A stretch of DNA of 64,000 bases from Amoebidium appalachense (Eukaryota; Protista; Ichthyosporea), in assembly GCA_963693365.1 (NCBI GenBank), contig CAVNZM010000011.1, positions 6,963,921-7,027,920 on the forward strand. The letters are read 5' to 3'. A program made the position numbers and the translations under genes. This document shows positions 25,009-45,081 of the stretch, piece by piece. The notes under the pieces were generated by a model. That model made no database searches and had not been told where the DNA came from. It was given only the letters and a program-made list of their open reading frames with translations. Numbering within the stretch: position 1 is the stretch's first letter; the number at the start of each line of letters is the position of its first letter.

Positions 25009-26441
25009 TTGTGTGGCAGTCCAGTGCCCTGAGTACGTATGCATGTGCAACACGTGTGTTTTCCGAAAGGCCCGTTCGTCACGTGTTGCGAGTGTGCATC
25101 ACAGTGTGCATTGCTCTCTAATAGTCCTCGAAAGTTAGAGATGCACGAGACTATCACATGAGTTCTAGCAAGGTTTCCGATTGATGACACACTACCGCCA
25201 CGCCGCGGTCATGGAGCTTACGGCACGGTAGCATGTGCGTGCAGCGTCTGTCGCCATGCTACCTTCAAAATGAACGGTTGCTTTTCAGGTCTAGAGATGC
25301 CCAGCCAGACTTGAGAACACATCTCGGCTAAAAGGCACAATCATTTGCAATGCATGCTAGTCACAGTGTTGGACAAGAGAGCCGGCACGTGATCGCGCCA
25401 AAAAAGTTCAGAACGCGTATGGGAGCCTTCCTGTGCTTGCGGTCCCGGACGCTTGGAAAAAACGAAGTAGCAGCTAACATCATTCTGGCTCCATCTACTA
25501 TGACTATCAATTCTATCAATTACTTGTTACTGGAGTAGCTGCTTTATTGATGCTTGAAAGATGTACATGTATGAAAGGTGTTTCAGATACCTCAGCAAGC
25601 TAGAAGTCCCGGCATATGACGTAAGAGGAAGTGTGGAAGGACCGAGCAGGGTGACGCAAGTCACTTGGATAGGCTAGAGGAGAAGCTGTGAATGTCACGG
25701 CGGGTATACATCTTGCTTGGCACGCTCTTGTTAGCTACACTTGCAGAATTCATTTGAAATTTCAGTACACCATGCAGTGCTTGCTTGATCTTTGATACAC
25801 TGAAAACATATTGGGGTTGTCTATTTGTTTACCTGGGCGCCATTCATCACAGTGTTATCAGAAACTTTATTCAAACCTCAAGCCAACCAGTGGCAAGGGT
25901 ATGCGTGGGCCAAATGTGCCACCACGTGTCATTTGTGGAAAAATGTTTATGAACAACTAAAAGGCACGCACAGACTCTGAAGTGAAGTATAGTATTCTGC
26001 TCGGACTTTTATTTCCGAAATCACAAATCAAGCCAACCAGTGGCATTCGCAAAGCAGGAACAACCAACCATTCAGAATCAATAGAGTACGTGAAGCCTTC
26101 GTTGATATTTTGACAAAAAAACGTCGTGGAGTAGAAACGTCAGTTAGGATCACTTCGTTCGTTTGGTGCCGTGGTCATCATGAAGCCATCGTTTCGCACC
26201 GTTCACATCCGCTTGGAAAAAAACGCTAGTTTCATTCCGATTTATCCACTGAGGGTTGCCGTTAATCATCGCCAGACTGTGGATGGTGTACAAGAAGAGA
26301 CTGTACAATTTGTAGCATGCCACCTGGTCTTTCGCAGAACCCACTTCATTCATTCACCCAAACCATTCGTAAAGGTCAACAGTCGAAGTCGTTTGTACAT
26401 CTATCCGATTAAGGCAATGAGGAGTCACCAAGCACATACTT

Positions 26442-27047
26442 TTAGGGCATGTGGACAGCAACCAACTGGGAGTGGATACTCGAGGGCATGAAAAAATCAC
26501 ATGGTGCTTTCTGTGCAGCAAGGGGGTCGACGACATAGCCACCAACTTGGGGGGTGGAGAGAAAAGCCGAAGAAGAAATAATAGTGGTTTCAGGGACAGA
26601 AAGGTCATCCGTATCATCACTACTACATGAAGCGGTCTCGTCGTCACGATCTTCATACAAGTCAGACTTGCAAACAGACACAGAACGCAAGCGTTTGCAT
26701 GCATGTTCAAGGCCAGAATCAGACCCTTCACTAGCACCACGCTTCAACGAACCCCATGCCCCCGCATCACCCAATATCACATCTGCGCATGTGCTTTCCA
26801 GAGGCTCTGTGTCTTCATTATTAGTTTCACAGAGAGTCTGGGCATAGGCACTGCCTTGCCCGGGGGAATAGGGGTCGTACTCTTCGTCTGTCTCCATGAC
26901 AACCTCGTGGGTTGCTTTGTACTCAGCTTGGTAGGCCTGTTGGTAAACCTTGTTGATGAAAAGTGTATGTCTAAGCCTGTCTATGTGTGCTTTACTGTCT
27001 AGCTTCTGCAGCGACAGAGTCATGAGTGCAAAGTTGTTTGGTGCCAT
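26442..27047 (-). CDS. Intronless 201-aa protein with an N-terminal SERTA/IER-like motif, acidic disordered body and basic NLS-like patch
   Basis: A repeat-free ATG-to-stop ORF. LMTLSLQKLDSKAHIDRLRHTLFINKVYQQA fits the SERTA pattern LxxLSLxKL...LRxxVLIxN, recognised from memory and not by HMM. KRGASEG...KRLRS is a basic cluster. Confidence 0.75.
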   Translation of the reverse strand: MAPNNFALMTLSLQKLDSKAHIDRLRHTLFINKVYQQAYQAEYKATHEVVMETDEEYDPYSPGQGSAYAQTLCETNNEDTEPLESTCADVILGDAGAWGSLKRGASEGSDSGLEHACKRLRSVSVCKSDLYEDRDDETASCSSDDTDDLSVPETTIISSSAFLSTPQVGGYVVDPLAAQKAPCDFFMPSSIHSQLVAVHMP

Positions 27048-27120
27048 TTTCCTATTTTCACGCCGACATCTACAACTTAGAGCTACAAACTATCTGGATC
27101 AAACCTGGACTGACGGTAAA

Positions 27121-27440
27121 ATGACGTTGTGGGAACATAACGTCCTTTTTATACCAACGGCCAATGTGAGTTATGATCGCGTCAAGATAAGACGCATGAT
27201 TGACATCCAATTAATATCCTGCAATCACTCCTATAAATTTTACACTTTGCTGTGCACTCAAACTAAACATTAACAAATCAATCAACAGACAGTTTTAACA
27301 TTTCAATGTGGACAAACATCGATCAACCAACCGCGCATCGCGTTACCACTCAGACCAATCAAACTTTGTACCACACTTGCGTCAGCACGTGATGGAAATG
27401 GCCAATTAGATCACCGTAAAATGAGGTAGAACCAATAGAA
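27121..27440 (-). promoter_or_regulatory. TATA box plus clustered CCAAT boxes upstream of the SERTA-like gene
   Basis: TATAAAA on the minus strand at 27147-27153, ~100 bp upstream of the ATG. CCAAT at ~27161, 27207, 27355, 27402 and 27433; CACGTG at ~27385. Confidence 0.5.
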
Positions 27441-28497
27441 AACGAGCAGTCACCTGGGATCCCCCGATACCGAAAAAGGTTTTGAGGGGTGCCACATCCA
27501 GATTTAGGGTTTCAAGGGAGTTTGAAACGAAAAATTGGAAAAACAAAGATGTAACTAACATATCTTTATTTCTTTCAACTCAGACATTTAAGTCGTAATT
27601 GCAGGAACACATTTGACTATACGCTATTCAGAGCCTCCGAGCCCGGTTTGATACACAGTGTCCCCTAGGGCTCCAAGTCACAGCTTTACAATAGCTGGTT
27701 CCAGAATTGAAAATTCTCATGTATGTGGCGGATGCGAGGCCGTACGGGTTTTTGCATTTGCAACTGTAGAGCATTATTTTGCATCAACTATGATATAGTC
27801 CTGATTATTAAAGCTTATTATCTTGACAATAAACTTTTTTCAGTTTGTAACTTAAAATAAAACTGTTTTTATAAATTGAATTGTAAGTTTTCATGTCCAG
27901 TCAGATCCAATTTCGGTGACTGTTGCTGTTACGGTTGTTTTCCCGTTGGAAAATTGGCGCGCATGTTCAAATCATCACACACTAATTTAGGATAGACGGC
28001 CGGCCTGTCTTTAACTTTAAGTGAGCAGCAAGCTTGAAGGCCACCTTATCTTCCAGGAGGCCAACAGGATGCCTTGGTGAGAAGGCGGATTTCGTTTTTT
28101 AATAGTATGTAAGACATGTAGGGCAAATGATGCACCCCGGCCACGTACTTTTTAACGCACACACACACACAGTCACATACATGCAAACACACGCAAAACC
28201 CAGTAGTACTCTTAAGTAAGTGGAGTTTGTGTATTTGCGAGCGTGCGTGCGTGTGCGTGTGTGTGTGTATGTGTGTGTGTGTGTCCGGGTGTGTAGTGTG
28301 CTTGCATGCGTGTGCGTGTGTGTTTTCCCCTATGTGCGTGTGTATTTTCTTTTTGGAAGTTTACAGTGATAGGAGTTGATAAAGATCAGGGCCTTCAAGA
28401 TACAGAACGCTGAACGCACCATCGAGGTGTGCAGGGCAGAGGAACTTACGCTTCTCCCTCCCTCCCTCCCTCCCTCCCCACCCCCCCCCCCCCCCCC

Positions 28498-28530
<33 letters not shown>

Positions 28531-28940
28531 CCTCCCTCCCTCCCTCGCTCCCTCTCTCTCTCCCCTCCCCCCTCCCTCCCTCCCTCCCTCCCTCCTTCCC
28601 TCCCTCCCTCCCCCCTTCTCTCTCTTCCTCCCCCCCCCCCCCTCTGTCCCCCCCCCCCTCCCCCCCCCCCCCCCCCCCCGAGGCTCTCTCCCTCCCTTTC
28701 TCTCTCTATCTCTCTCTCTCTCCCCCCCCCCCTCTCTTGCTTCTCTCGCTCTCTTGCTCTCTTGCTCTCTTTCTCTCTCCCCCTCCCTCCCTCCTCTCCC
28801 TCCTTCCCCCCTCCCCCCTCTCTCCCTCCCTACCTCCCTCTCCCTCCCGTCCCCTTCTCCCTCTCCCTTCCCCCCTTCCCCGACTCTTCCCCTCCCCCTC
28901 TTATTCTCTCTACATCTCTATTTATCTCCCTTTCTCCCCT

Positions 28941-28971
<31 letters not shown>

Positions 28972-29031
28972 CACACACACACACACACACTCTCTCTCTC
29001 TCTCGCTCCCTCTCTTCTCTCTTTCTCTCTC

Positions 29032-29130
<99 letters not shown>

Positions 29131-30393
29131 CTCTCGCTCGCTCTGTGTGTGTGTGCGACTGTGTGTGAGTGTGGGTGGGTGTTTTGGTGGGTGAGTGGGT
29201 AGGTGGGTCCTTCCCCCCGCCCTCCCCCCCCTGCAGTGAGGCTTGTTATCTACTCCGAGGCTCTCTCTGTGTATCTGTCTCCCCCCCCCCTCCCCCCCAG
29301 AGAGAGAAGAGAGAGCTCTCCCTCCCTCCCTCCCTCCCCCCCCCCTCTCTTCCCCCTCTCTCTACTCCCCCTCTCCGTCCCTTCCCTCTCCTCTCTCTCC
29401 CCCTCCCTCTCTTTTCCTCTCTCCTTCCCCGGGGCTTGCTCACTCCCGGAGGCCCTTTCTCTCTTTCTTTCTCTTCCACTTGTACTTTGTCTATCTCATA
29501 GCTCTCCGCCCCTTCCCTCCTTCCTCCATAGAAGAGTGGCTGTTCGATTTTCTAGAAGACCGGGGGGAGAACGTGTTCACGGAAATAGCCCCCCTCCCCC
29601 CCTCCCCCCCCCCCCCCCCCTCCCGCTTATTTTATTTCATACCACCTGGGGAGTACCGCTTCAACGATACCACCCTCCAAAAAAGTTACAAACTCCCACA
29701 GAAAAACACACAGAGCACAGACACACATTATGAGGGATGGAGATAACCACAGTGATATATGTACACACTTACACAGGCTGGCCGTGGGCCGCTTATCATA
29801 GCTCTGCACGCGTGGCACACTCAAGCTCTCAGGTTTCCAGAAACAGCTGCGGCAGCATATCACATAAACACACTCTCACACTCTCACACTCACACGTGAC
29901 GCAAACACACAAACACAAACACAGGTACGTGTACACAGCCGTGGTGGGTGTGTATATAAACGCACACGTGACACACACACACACACACAAACACACGTAC
30001 ACACCCACCACGAAACACACACGTACACACAGCCGTGGTGGGTGTGTACATCTATAAACTGCCAGTCACGGATACATTCACACGGTATCTAAGACACGTG
30101 TCATGCACAGACACTTGAACAATTTTTGATTCGAGACCATTCGAAATTAATTCAATGAAAAGTGTCGACTCCGTTTTCAAGTACATATTATTCAATATAG
30201 AATCCTTATTTAAGGTAGCTGGAATCATGGAATTGCGGCGACCAGTCTCCGGGCCAAATTCATATGAAAAGCAGGGTTACATCGAGAGCAAAAAGGTACA
30301 CCAATTATGCGCTAGAGCTATAATTTTTGCATGATAATTACGTAAATAGGGTTTTTCAAACATTCAGTACAGAAACATTATAACTCAGACTAT

Positions 30394-33300
30394 TGTAAAC
30401 AACTGTACACATGAACTGTACATGTTTACTAAAGAATGTGATCTACTAGCACACGATTCGTGCTTTGTCATGAATATCACATAAATATTATGTCCGCACC
30501 AATAGGACTCACTCTGACCTAAGAATTGAACCATATATGGTTCTTCAGCTGCATACCACATAAACGAAGTGAACCAATAAGAGGTTTGCATAAATAGGAC
30601 AAAGGTCTGACTGGCTCGGACCGCACCAGAATCACGAATGGCATGTTGCCACCCGCGCTGGCCGCGGATGAACCAATCCTGGGCCTTGATCCGAAACCTG
30701 GGGGCTATATAACAAAGCCGTCCCAGTACGGGGATCACATCAGTGAAGTCTGAGACAGACTGAGTCGGCCCATAGTAAAAGCAACTTGGCCGCGTGTGCC
30801 TTTCTACCCGTTCTCTGTCTTTATTCTGATTCAGTTGTTCTCTGCCTTATCCCAACTAGTCCAACTGTTTACATTGGCGACCGCGCAGTTCAAGAATCTC
30901 GCATCCTTCGATTCTCACATCTTTCAATCAGTTCAAGAATCTCACATCTTTCAATCAGCTCAAGAATCTCCCATGGCCGATCACAATCCTTTTTACCCCG
31001 ATGATAGGCACATCTTTCCTTGTCCGGCTTAGAATATATACACCTACAAGTTTGAAGTGGCCAGCCCACCTACACGGAAAGAATTGAAAGCATGTAAAAC
31101 TTCTTTTGCTACGACACATCAAAAATGTGAAGAAAAACGAATACACAACGAAACAACGAATACACGAACAAACGAATAAAGAATTGCTAACGAAGCAATG
31201 AACCAACGAAAAACGAACCATCACGAATACGCAATGAAATAAAGAATTAACGACAAACGATTGCATAGAGGAAATACGAAATGAATGCAACACGAAAACA
31301 AAACGAAGTAACGAAGTTATCAAACGACAAAAAACGAAAAACGAAAGCAAAATGAACTGGAAATACGAAAATGAAAGGACGAATGCACAACACTGCTTGG
31401 GTTGCAATGCACACAGCCCCCTCTATGTTAGGAAGAAAATAAAACCGTTGCCCTTGCGTGCATTGCCCTATTGCACACTGCCATCGTGTCCATGCCACCG
31501 CATGCACGTCCACACTCGCAAGCCAGATGCACGGCCACTTTCAGCACAAATGCACTTAACGAAGAAGATAGTCGCTGTTGCTATTGCATGTAGGACCTAA
31601 GATCTTATGAAAGTAGTGTTGCATGCATGCTTCGAATCCCTTGCTGTTCTCGAATACAGCATGCCCCATAGTTTAGCGCCCAGGATGCACAACATGCGCA
31701 TGAATGTATGCTGGCATGCCTAAACACATTACGAACATATGCCTGACTCATGTATGGCGGCCCTTCCTGGTGCCACGCCCTAACGAATTTGCACTCTTGG
31801 TGCACAAAAGGCATGTAATAAAGTCGATGCAGAACTTTTGTTCATGCATGTGAAAAACAAAGAAGGTGTTGGGTACGAATTTTAAGGTGAATGCCCGTCT
31901 GTGGCAATACGGTGTAACATACCAATTACACTGTCAAGCCTTGCACTAGCTGCCGGCACACCCCCACCAGAACAAAAGAATGTGGTATGGGCACCGCTCC
32001 CTCACAACCCCATCATACAGTGTCAGTATTTTGGCTGGAAGCCTTTCAGTTTCGAATTACGAATACCCTCCTTCACTACTGAAGAAAGTGACGTGGAAGA
32101 CAAATACGAATACGAATGCAAGGTGTTGTTGACTAACACATCGGACCATCATGTGTACCTACTAGGCCCTGGTACGGAGGTGACCATGTTATTCCCTTGC
32201 AATATGATGACACTGTAACAATTTAGCACGTGCATACCCCACCAATGGGCACATGCGGGAGACAACCCCACAAGCTGCCTTATTGGGCACCTCTGCTAAA
32301 ACGAATATTCTTCTCACGAAGGAACAGAAGAATGCCACGAACACGAACCACACACTCACCAGGCAGCTACTTACATCTAATGTATGTAAGAAGTAGGGTG
32401 TGTGAACGGGGTAACTTCATGAACACCAACACGAAAGAAAGCACAGCACAAAGCAGTTCCACGAATACGAATGGTTTTGGTATTCCACACAACGAACAGA
32501 ACCTACAGTAGGGCCACCTACAAATGAAGCAGAGGATGGGGCACCATCCAGACCTGCACTGGAGGATATGAAAACACGAAGCGCGCTCACGAAGTTGCTT
32601 ACAAAAGAAAGGGCGACTCCGACGACTTTTCTTTTTAGGCCAAGCCTCCAGAAGAATGTATTATGCCTGGAATCCCCCTGCTCAACGAAAATGGCTGGCA
32701 AATGGGATACGAAAACTGCTCACGAATGGAAGCATGTGTTTTCTGAAGGAGGCTTGCTTTGCCTACCCTCTTCTTATGAATTATGAACCGGGCTTTTACT
32801 GGTTCTGACGGGTGATATATTTCTTTATGTCGCCCAACGAAGAACACTTGGGCATTTTTATTCATGTTTTTCCCAGCTCCGATGATGCAGAGTTAAAGCT
32901 GAAAGGAAAGAAGTGCTATTTGTTCATGAAAGAAGCGGCTTTTCCGGCCATGGTGACTCGCCTTACAGTCTTATGGTAGAACCGGGATAAGGAGCAGTGG
33001 CTAAGCCTTGAAGCTATCCACCACTACCTGAGCTACGAAGTGACCTAAGGCTCGAGTTATATTCATTATCGAATGTTTGGTATGATCATTCATCCACACA
33101 ACCAAATTACTCGCAATTGAAAACGAATCTGCGGGAGTATCCTAAAAAGGAAAAATTCCCAAAAAGGAAAATACTACTTCTACAGAAAAGCCAAGCACAG
33201 AGACGAAGGCTTAGCGAATTATTCGCACGCACACTCTGCAACAATCTTCGCCACGAAAATGAAATCACAGAAGAATGCTGCATGAATTTACGTTTTGGCA

Positions 33301-33946
33301 AATGAAGAAGTGCTCATAGACGTGCACAACTCTATTCCACCGTCCTTGCTCTGTTCTGTCCAGCAGCTCGGCACACACAAGAATTCTCGCTGAAGGTTGT
33401 TTATCGCCTCTCAGCCTGGTGGTTTGCTTGTCTAACGACACCACCAGGCTCCCGACAAGGGGGGAGTGTAAACAACTGTACACATGAACTGTACATGTTT
33501 ACTAAAGAATGTGATCTACTAGCACACGATTCGTGCTTTGTCATGAATATCACATAAATATTATGTCCGCACCAATAGGACTCACTCTGACCTAAGAATT
33601 GAACCATATATGGTTCTTCAGCTGCATACCACATAAACGAAGTGAACCAATAAGAGGTTTGCATAAATAGGACAAAGGTCTGACTGGCTCGGACCGCACC
33701 AGAATCACGAATGGCATGTTGCCACCCGCGCTGGCCGCGGATGAACCAATCCTGGGCCTTGATCCGAAACCTGGGGGCTATATAACAAAGCCGTCCCAGT
33801 ACGGGGATCACATCAGTGAAGTCTGAGACAGACTGAGTCGGCCCATAGTAAAAGCAACTTGGCCGCGTGTGCCTTTCTACCCGTTCTCTGTCTTTATTCT
33901 GATTCAGTTGTTCTCTGCCTTATCCCAACTAGTCCAACTGTTTACA
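30394..33946 (+). mobile_element. Non-autonomous Ty3/Gypsy-derived LTR retrotransposon, recent insertion
   Basis: Two 480-bp LTRs (30394-30873, 33467-33946) with no differences seen by eye, and TGTAAACA...TGTTTACA termini. 5-bp TSD ACTAT at 30389-30393 and 33947-33951. PBS TGGCGACCGCG at 30875 (tRNA-Arg-like). PPT AAGGGGGGAG at 33457-33466. No intact gag/pol. Confidence 0.95.
32790..33080 (+). pseudogene. Decayed reverse-transcriptase remnant inside the LTR element
   Basis: Broken frames give ...EEHL..., DAELKLKGKKCYLFMKEAAF/GH and ELRS, which resemble the end of Gypsy RT and its connection region. 32120-32185 (VLLTNTSDHHVYL.GTEV) resembles the Gypsy protease-RT spacer. Confidence 0.65.
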
Positions 33947-34749
33947 ACTATGTAAAACGTACCAGATTTGGTGCAGTTGGTTTTTCGGTCGCTGACGCTG
34001 AACCAATTAAGTTATAATTTTTCTGTACTGAATGTTTGAAGAAAACACTATTTATATAATTATCATGCAAAAAAATTAGCTCTAGCGCATAATTGGTGTG
34101 CCTTTTTGCTCTCGATGTAACCCTGTTTTTCATATGAATTTGGCCCGGAGACCGATCGCCGCAATTCCATGGTTTCATCCTCGTTAAGGCAAAGCTCGAA
34201 ACTCGCCTTTTCGCTTAGGTTATGATATTGTGCATATCTTGGTCAGGATCTTCCCTAGGCCTGGCTGCATGTGATGGGGTGCACGTGTGTTTGTTTCCTT
34301 GTGAAGACTCCAAGGCTCCGCCACAGCAACAACAAGAACATTTGATACCACCCTTGGAATACTAGATAAATATTCGGGGGTCCAAATAACTAACAAAAAA
34401 AAAACTGCAAAAATAAATTTCAAGAAGTAAGCAAACTGTTATGAGCCTCAAAGGCGCACGGCAAATGCACACACAACGCATGTTACGGGCTGCTGCCCCC
34501 CCCCCCCCCCCCCCTGTTCCGCATTCAAAACCCCCCCTGTCTTCTTTCAGAGGTGTCCTTTCAGGACAGACCACTGTGTGGAGACATCTTTACTTCCATG
34601 CAACCGGGCATGGTTGCTCTGTGTCGTGCATCTGTAAGCGCATACGCGTTTGTCGCTGCACTGCATTAGTTTGCACATACATCTTCACCGTTTTGCTCAC
34701 CTTGCTTACATAAGCAACCCTGCTCGTCTTTGATCAAGACGGGTTGACC

Positions 34750-34990
34750 CACCCAAGTTCAGTTGATGCTGCTGTCTGAGTTGGAGCGTCGTATATACGC
34801 GGGCTAAGGGGTCGAAACTCAGACGCAATTGATGACTTGGGCCCTCCCTGAGGATGGGCTCTGCTTATGACGCATACTGTGCGCATGGCTGATGCTGCAT
34901 ACTTGAATGTTTGCCTTTGCATGTGTCCTGCACCATGCTTCTCATCGTGTATGCGTACTTCGTACTGTGTTCCGCATTCAAAACCCCCCC
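34750..34990 (-). mobile_element. Family A repeat (subtype shared with 16038-16138), reverse orientation
   Basis: CCTGAGGATGGGCTCTGCTTATG...CATTCAAAACCCCCCC; the body is nearly the reverse complement of 16038-16138. Confidence 0.7.
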
Positions 34991-35022
34991 CAAATACCCC
35001 TCACACTCACTCACTCACACAA

Positions 35023-35080
<58 letters not shown>

Positions 35081-35378
35081 ACGTGTAGTACACACACACA
35101 CATGTACACACACATGTGCCCGACACATACACCTGATCCACAAGTTACCAATACCACCGGCCTTGACGACATCCTACCATTTCAATTATCATTAGTAATC
35201 GCATGCGCAATTAACTCTTTCTAAAAAGAAATAGTACACCATTATTATACACGCTGCATATTTATCCGGTAACCATGGTGATCATGACTTCATTTACCCC
35301 CCCCCCCCCCCCCTCCCCCCCCCCCCCCCCACACACACACACGCACACACGCGCGCACACCACCACCACCACCCAGTC

Positions 35379-35415
<37 letters not shown>

Positions 35416-36856
35416 ATTTTTCCAAATCTTTGTGAGAACGTTCGAAATCTATGCTCACTTACACAAAAACGCAACGCGGCGCACCCATGACATGTGTGGG
35501 AATCATGTACTTCCACGTGCACTATATACTACATCATCGGCCCAGGCTTCTATAGGAAGCAAGACGAGGTTTTTGTGTGTGTGTGTGTCTGTGTGTGTCA
35601 CAAGTTTCTTTTTTTCTGTCTGTCTTTTTTTTCCTCCTTCTTTTTTTTTTTTTTTTTTCCGTTGGAGGAGAGGGGGGGGGGGGGGGGGAGGGGGGGGGGG
35701 GGGAGGAGGGAGCGAGAAAGGGGGAGGGGAGGGGTTATACATTTTGATTCGAGACACTCAATGGAACGGAACTTCAGCTACGCCGACTTCGTATTCGAAT
35801 TCATTGTTGAATCTAAACTTTGCATCATCTGAATGAAATCCGGTTTCACTTCTAAAAATCCAGGGATCTGCACACGGTACGTGTTTCCTTGCAAAGACTT
35901 TCGTTCGTTACAACAACAACAAATTCTTCATACTATTGCAAAGTCTAAATTAGAATACTGCCCCCAAGCACCTTAAGCGCAAAAATAAACCAAGACCCGG
36001 CTTCCGCAAGGTAACACAGCTGGTATACCCATTATGCACACTCCCCGTCTATCTCCCCCCCCCCCCCCCCCCCCCCCCCACCACCACCACCACCACCATC
36101 TCTCTTCTCCCCCCCCCCCCCCCCCCCCTCCCCCCCCCCCCCCTCGCCCCACTCCCGCGGCAGGCCCCTAGGCCTCCTTAGTAGTAATACATATCCCTTA
36201 TTGCAACCAGTGTTTCAGGTGGATATCATCATAATATGACTCTGTGTATCGGTATTTTGCTAGATTTAGACCCCCCCACCCCCCCCTTCTTCCCCGTAGC
36301 CATTTCCCTCTCAGCCCACGGCGGCGCCTTTTTTTTTTTTCGTGAACAAGAGCACAACGAAATCAGACACGGCACATACATTCACCACACACACACTTCA
36401 CCCCATGCATGCACGAACACTGATACGTATACATACATTCAGGCCTATCATCATTGAAATTCGAACCAAACCAAACATGTTAATTTAGGTCTATCGATTC
36501 ACAGTCTCCACATCACCGTATTTTCGCCAACGCCACCCATCATGTTACAAAACAAAAATTACCCAGGTCAATGTCATGTGTGTGTATGGTCCGTTACCGG
36601 ACTGCGCCGGAATTTTTCGTCAATGATGCTCCTTAAACGGCAATGCCTTAAAAAGTCAACATGGCAACACCTGGTCCATATATGGTTTATAAAAAATAAA
36701 AAAAATAAAAAAATATAAAAAAACTCAATCGTAATGCTCAACACGGATATCCCCATCGGGGTCGATGGGATTGGTGGAATCATCAGTGACGCCCATGCAC
36801 CGGCGTAAATATGACGTCATTCTGGGAGATCGATGCCAATTTGTACCTTCAACCCT

Positions 36857-45081
<8,225 letters not shown>

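Larger units (their letters stand above)
30214..34183. mobile_element. Non-autonomous DNA transposon (MITE, ~410 bp, ~170-bp TIRs, TTAA flanks) split by the LTR element
   Basis: 30214-30385 is a highly similar inverted copy of ~34010-34183. TTAA lies at 30210-30213 and 34184-34187. A TTAA target with a GG left terminus is compatible with Kolobok; piggyBac also uses TTAA. Confidence 0.8.

Noticed and set aside
25862-26046. Direct repeat TCAAGCCAACCAGTGGCA x2 downstream of the SERTA-like gene
   Set aside because: A short local duplication with no further structure; insufficient evidence of function.
28020-29830. Exon-like plus-strand fragments (LIKIRAFKIQNAERTIEV, EEWLFDFLEDRGENVFTEI, PGEYRFNDTTLQK)
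   Set aside because: I could not join them with valid splice sites and phases. A decayed gene is possible but unsupported.
30385-30738. Duplicated 117/136-aa minus-strand ORF MIPVLGRLCY... (also at 33401-33811)
   Set aside because: It lies within the two LTRs, starts at a non-ATG codon and has no recognisable motif; the duplication just reflects the LTRs.
34840-34870. Hammerhead ribozyme suggested by CTGAGGA/CTGATGA in families A and B and a nearby CGAAAC
   Set aside because: No stem II can be formed between CUGANGA and GAAA in any topology I tried. The motif is more simply explained as the element terminus.
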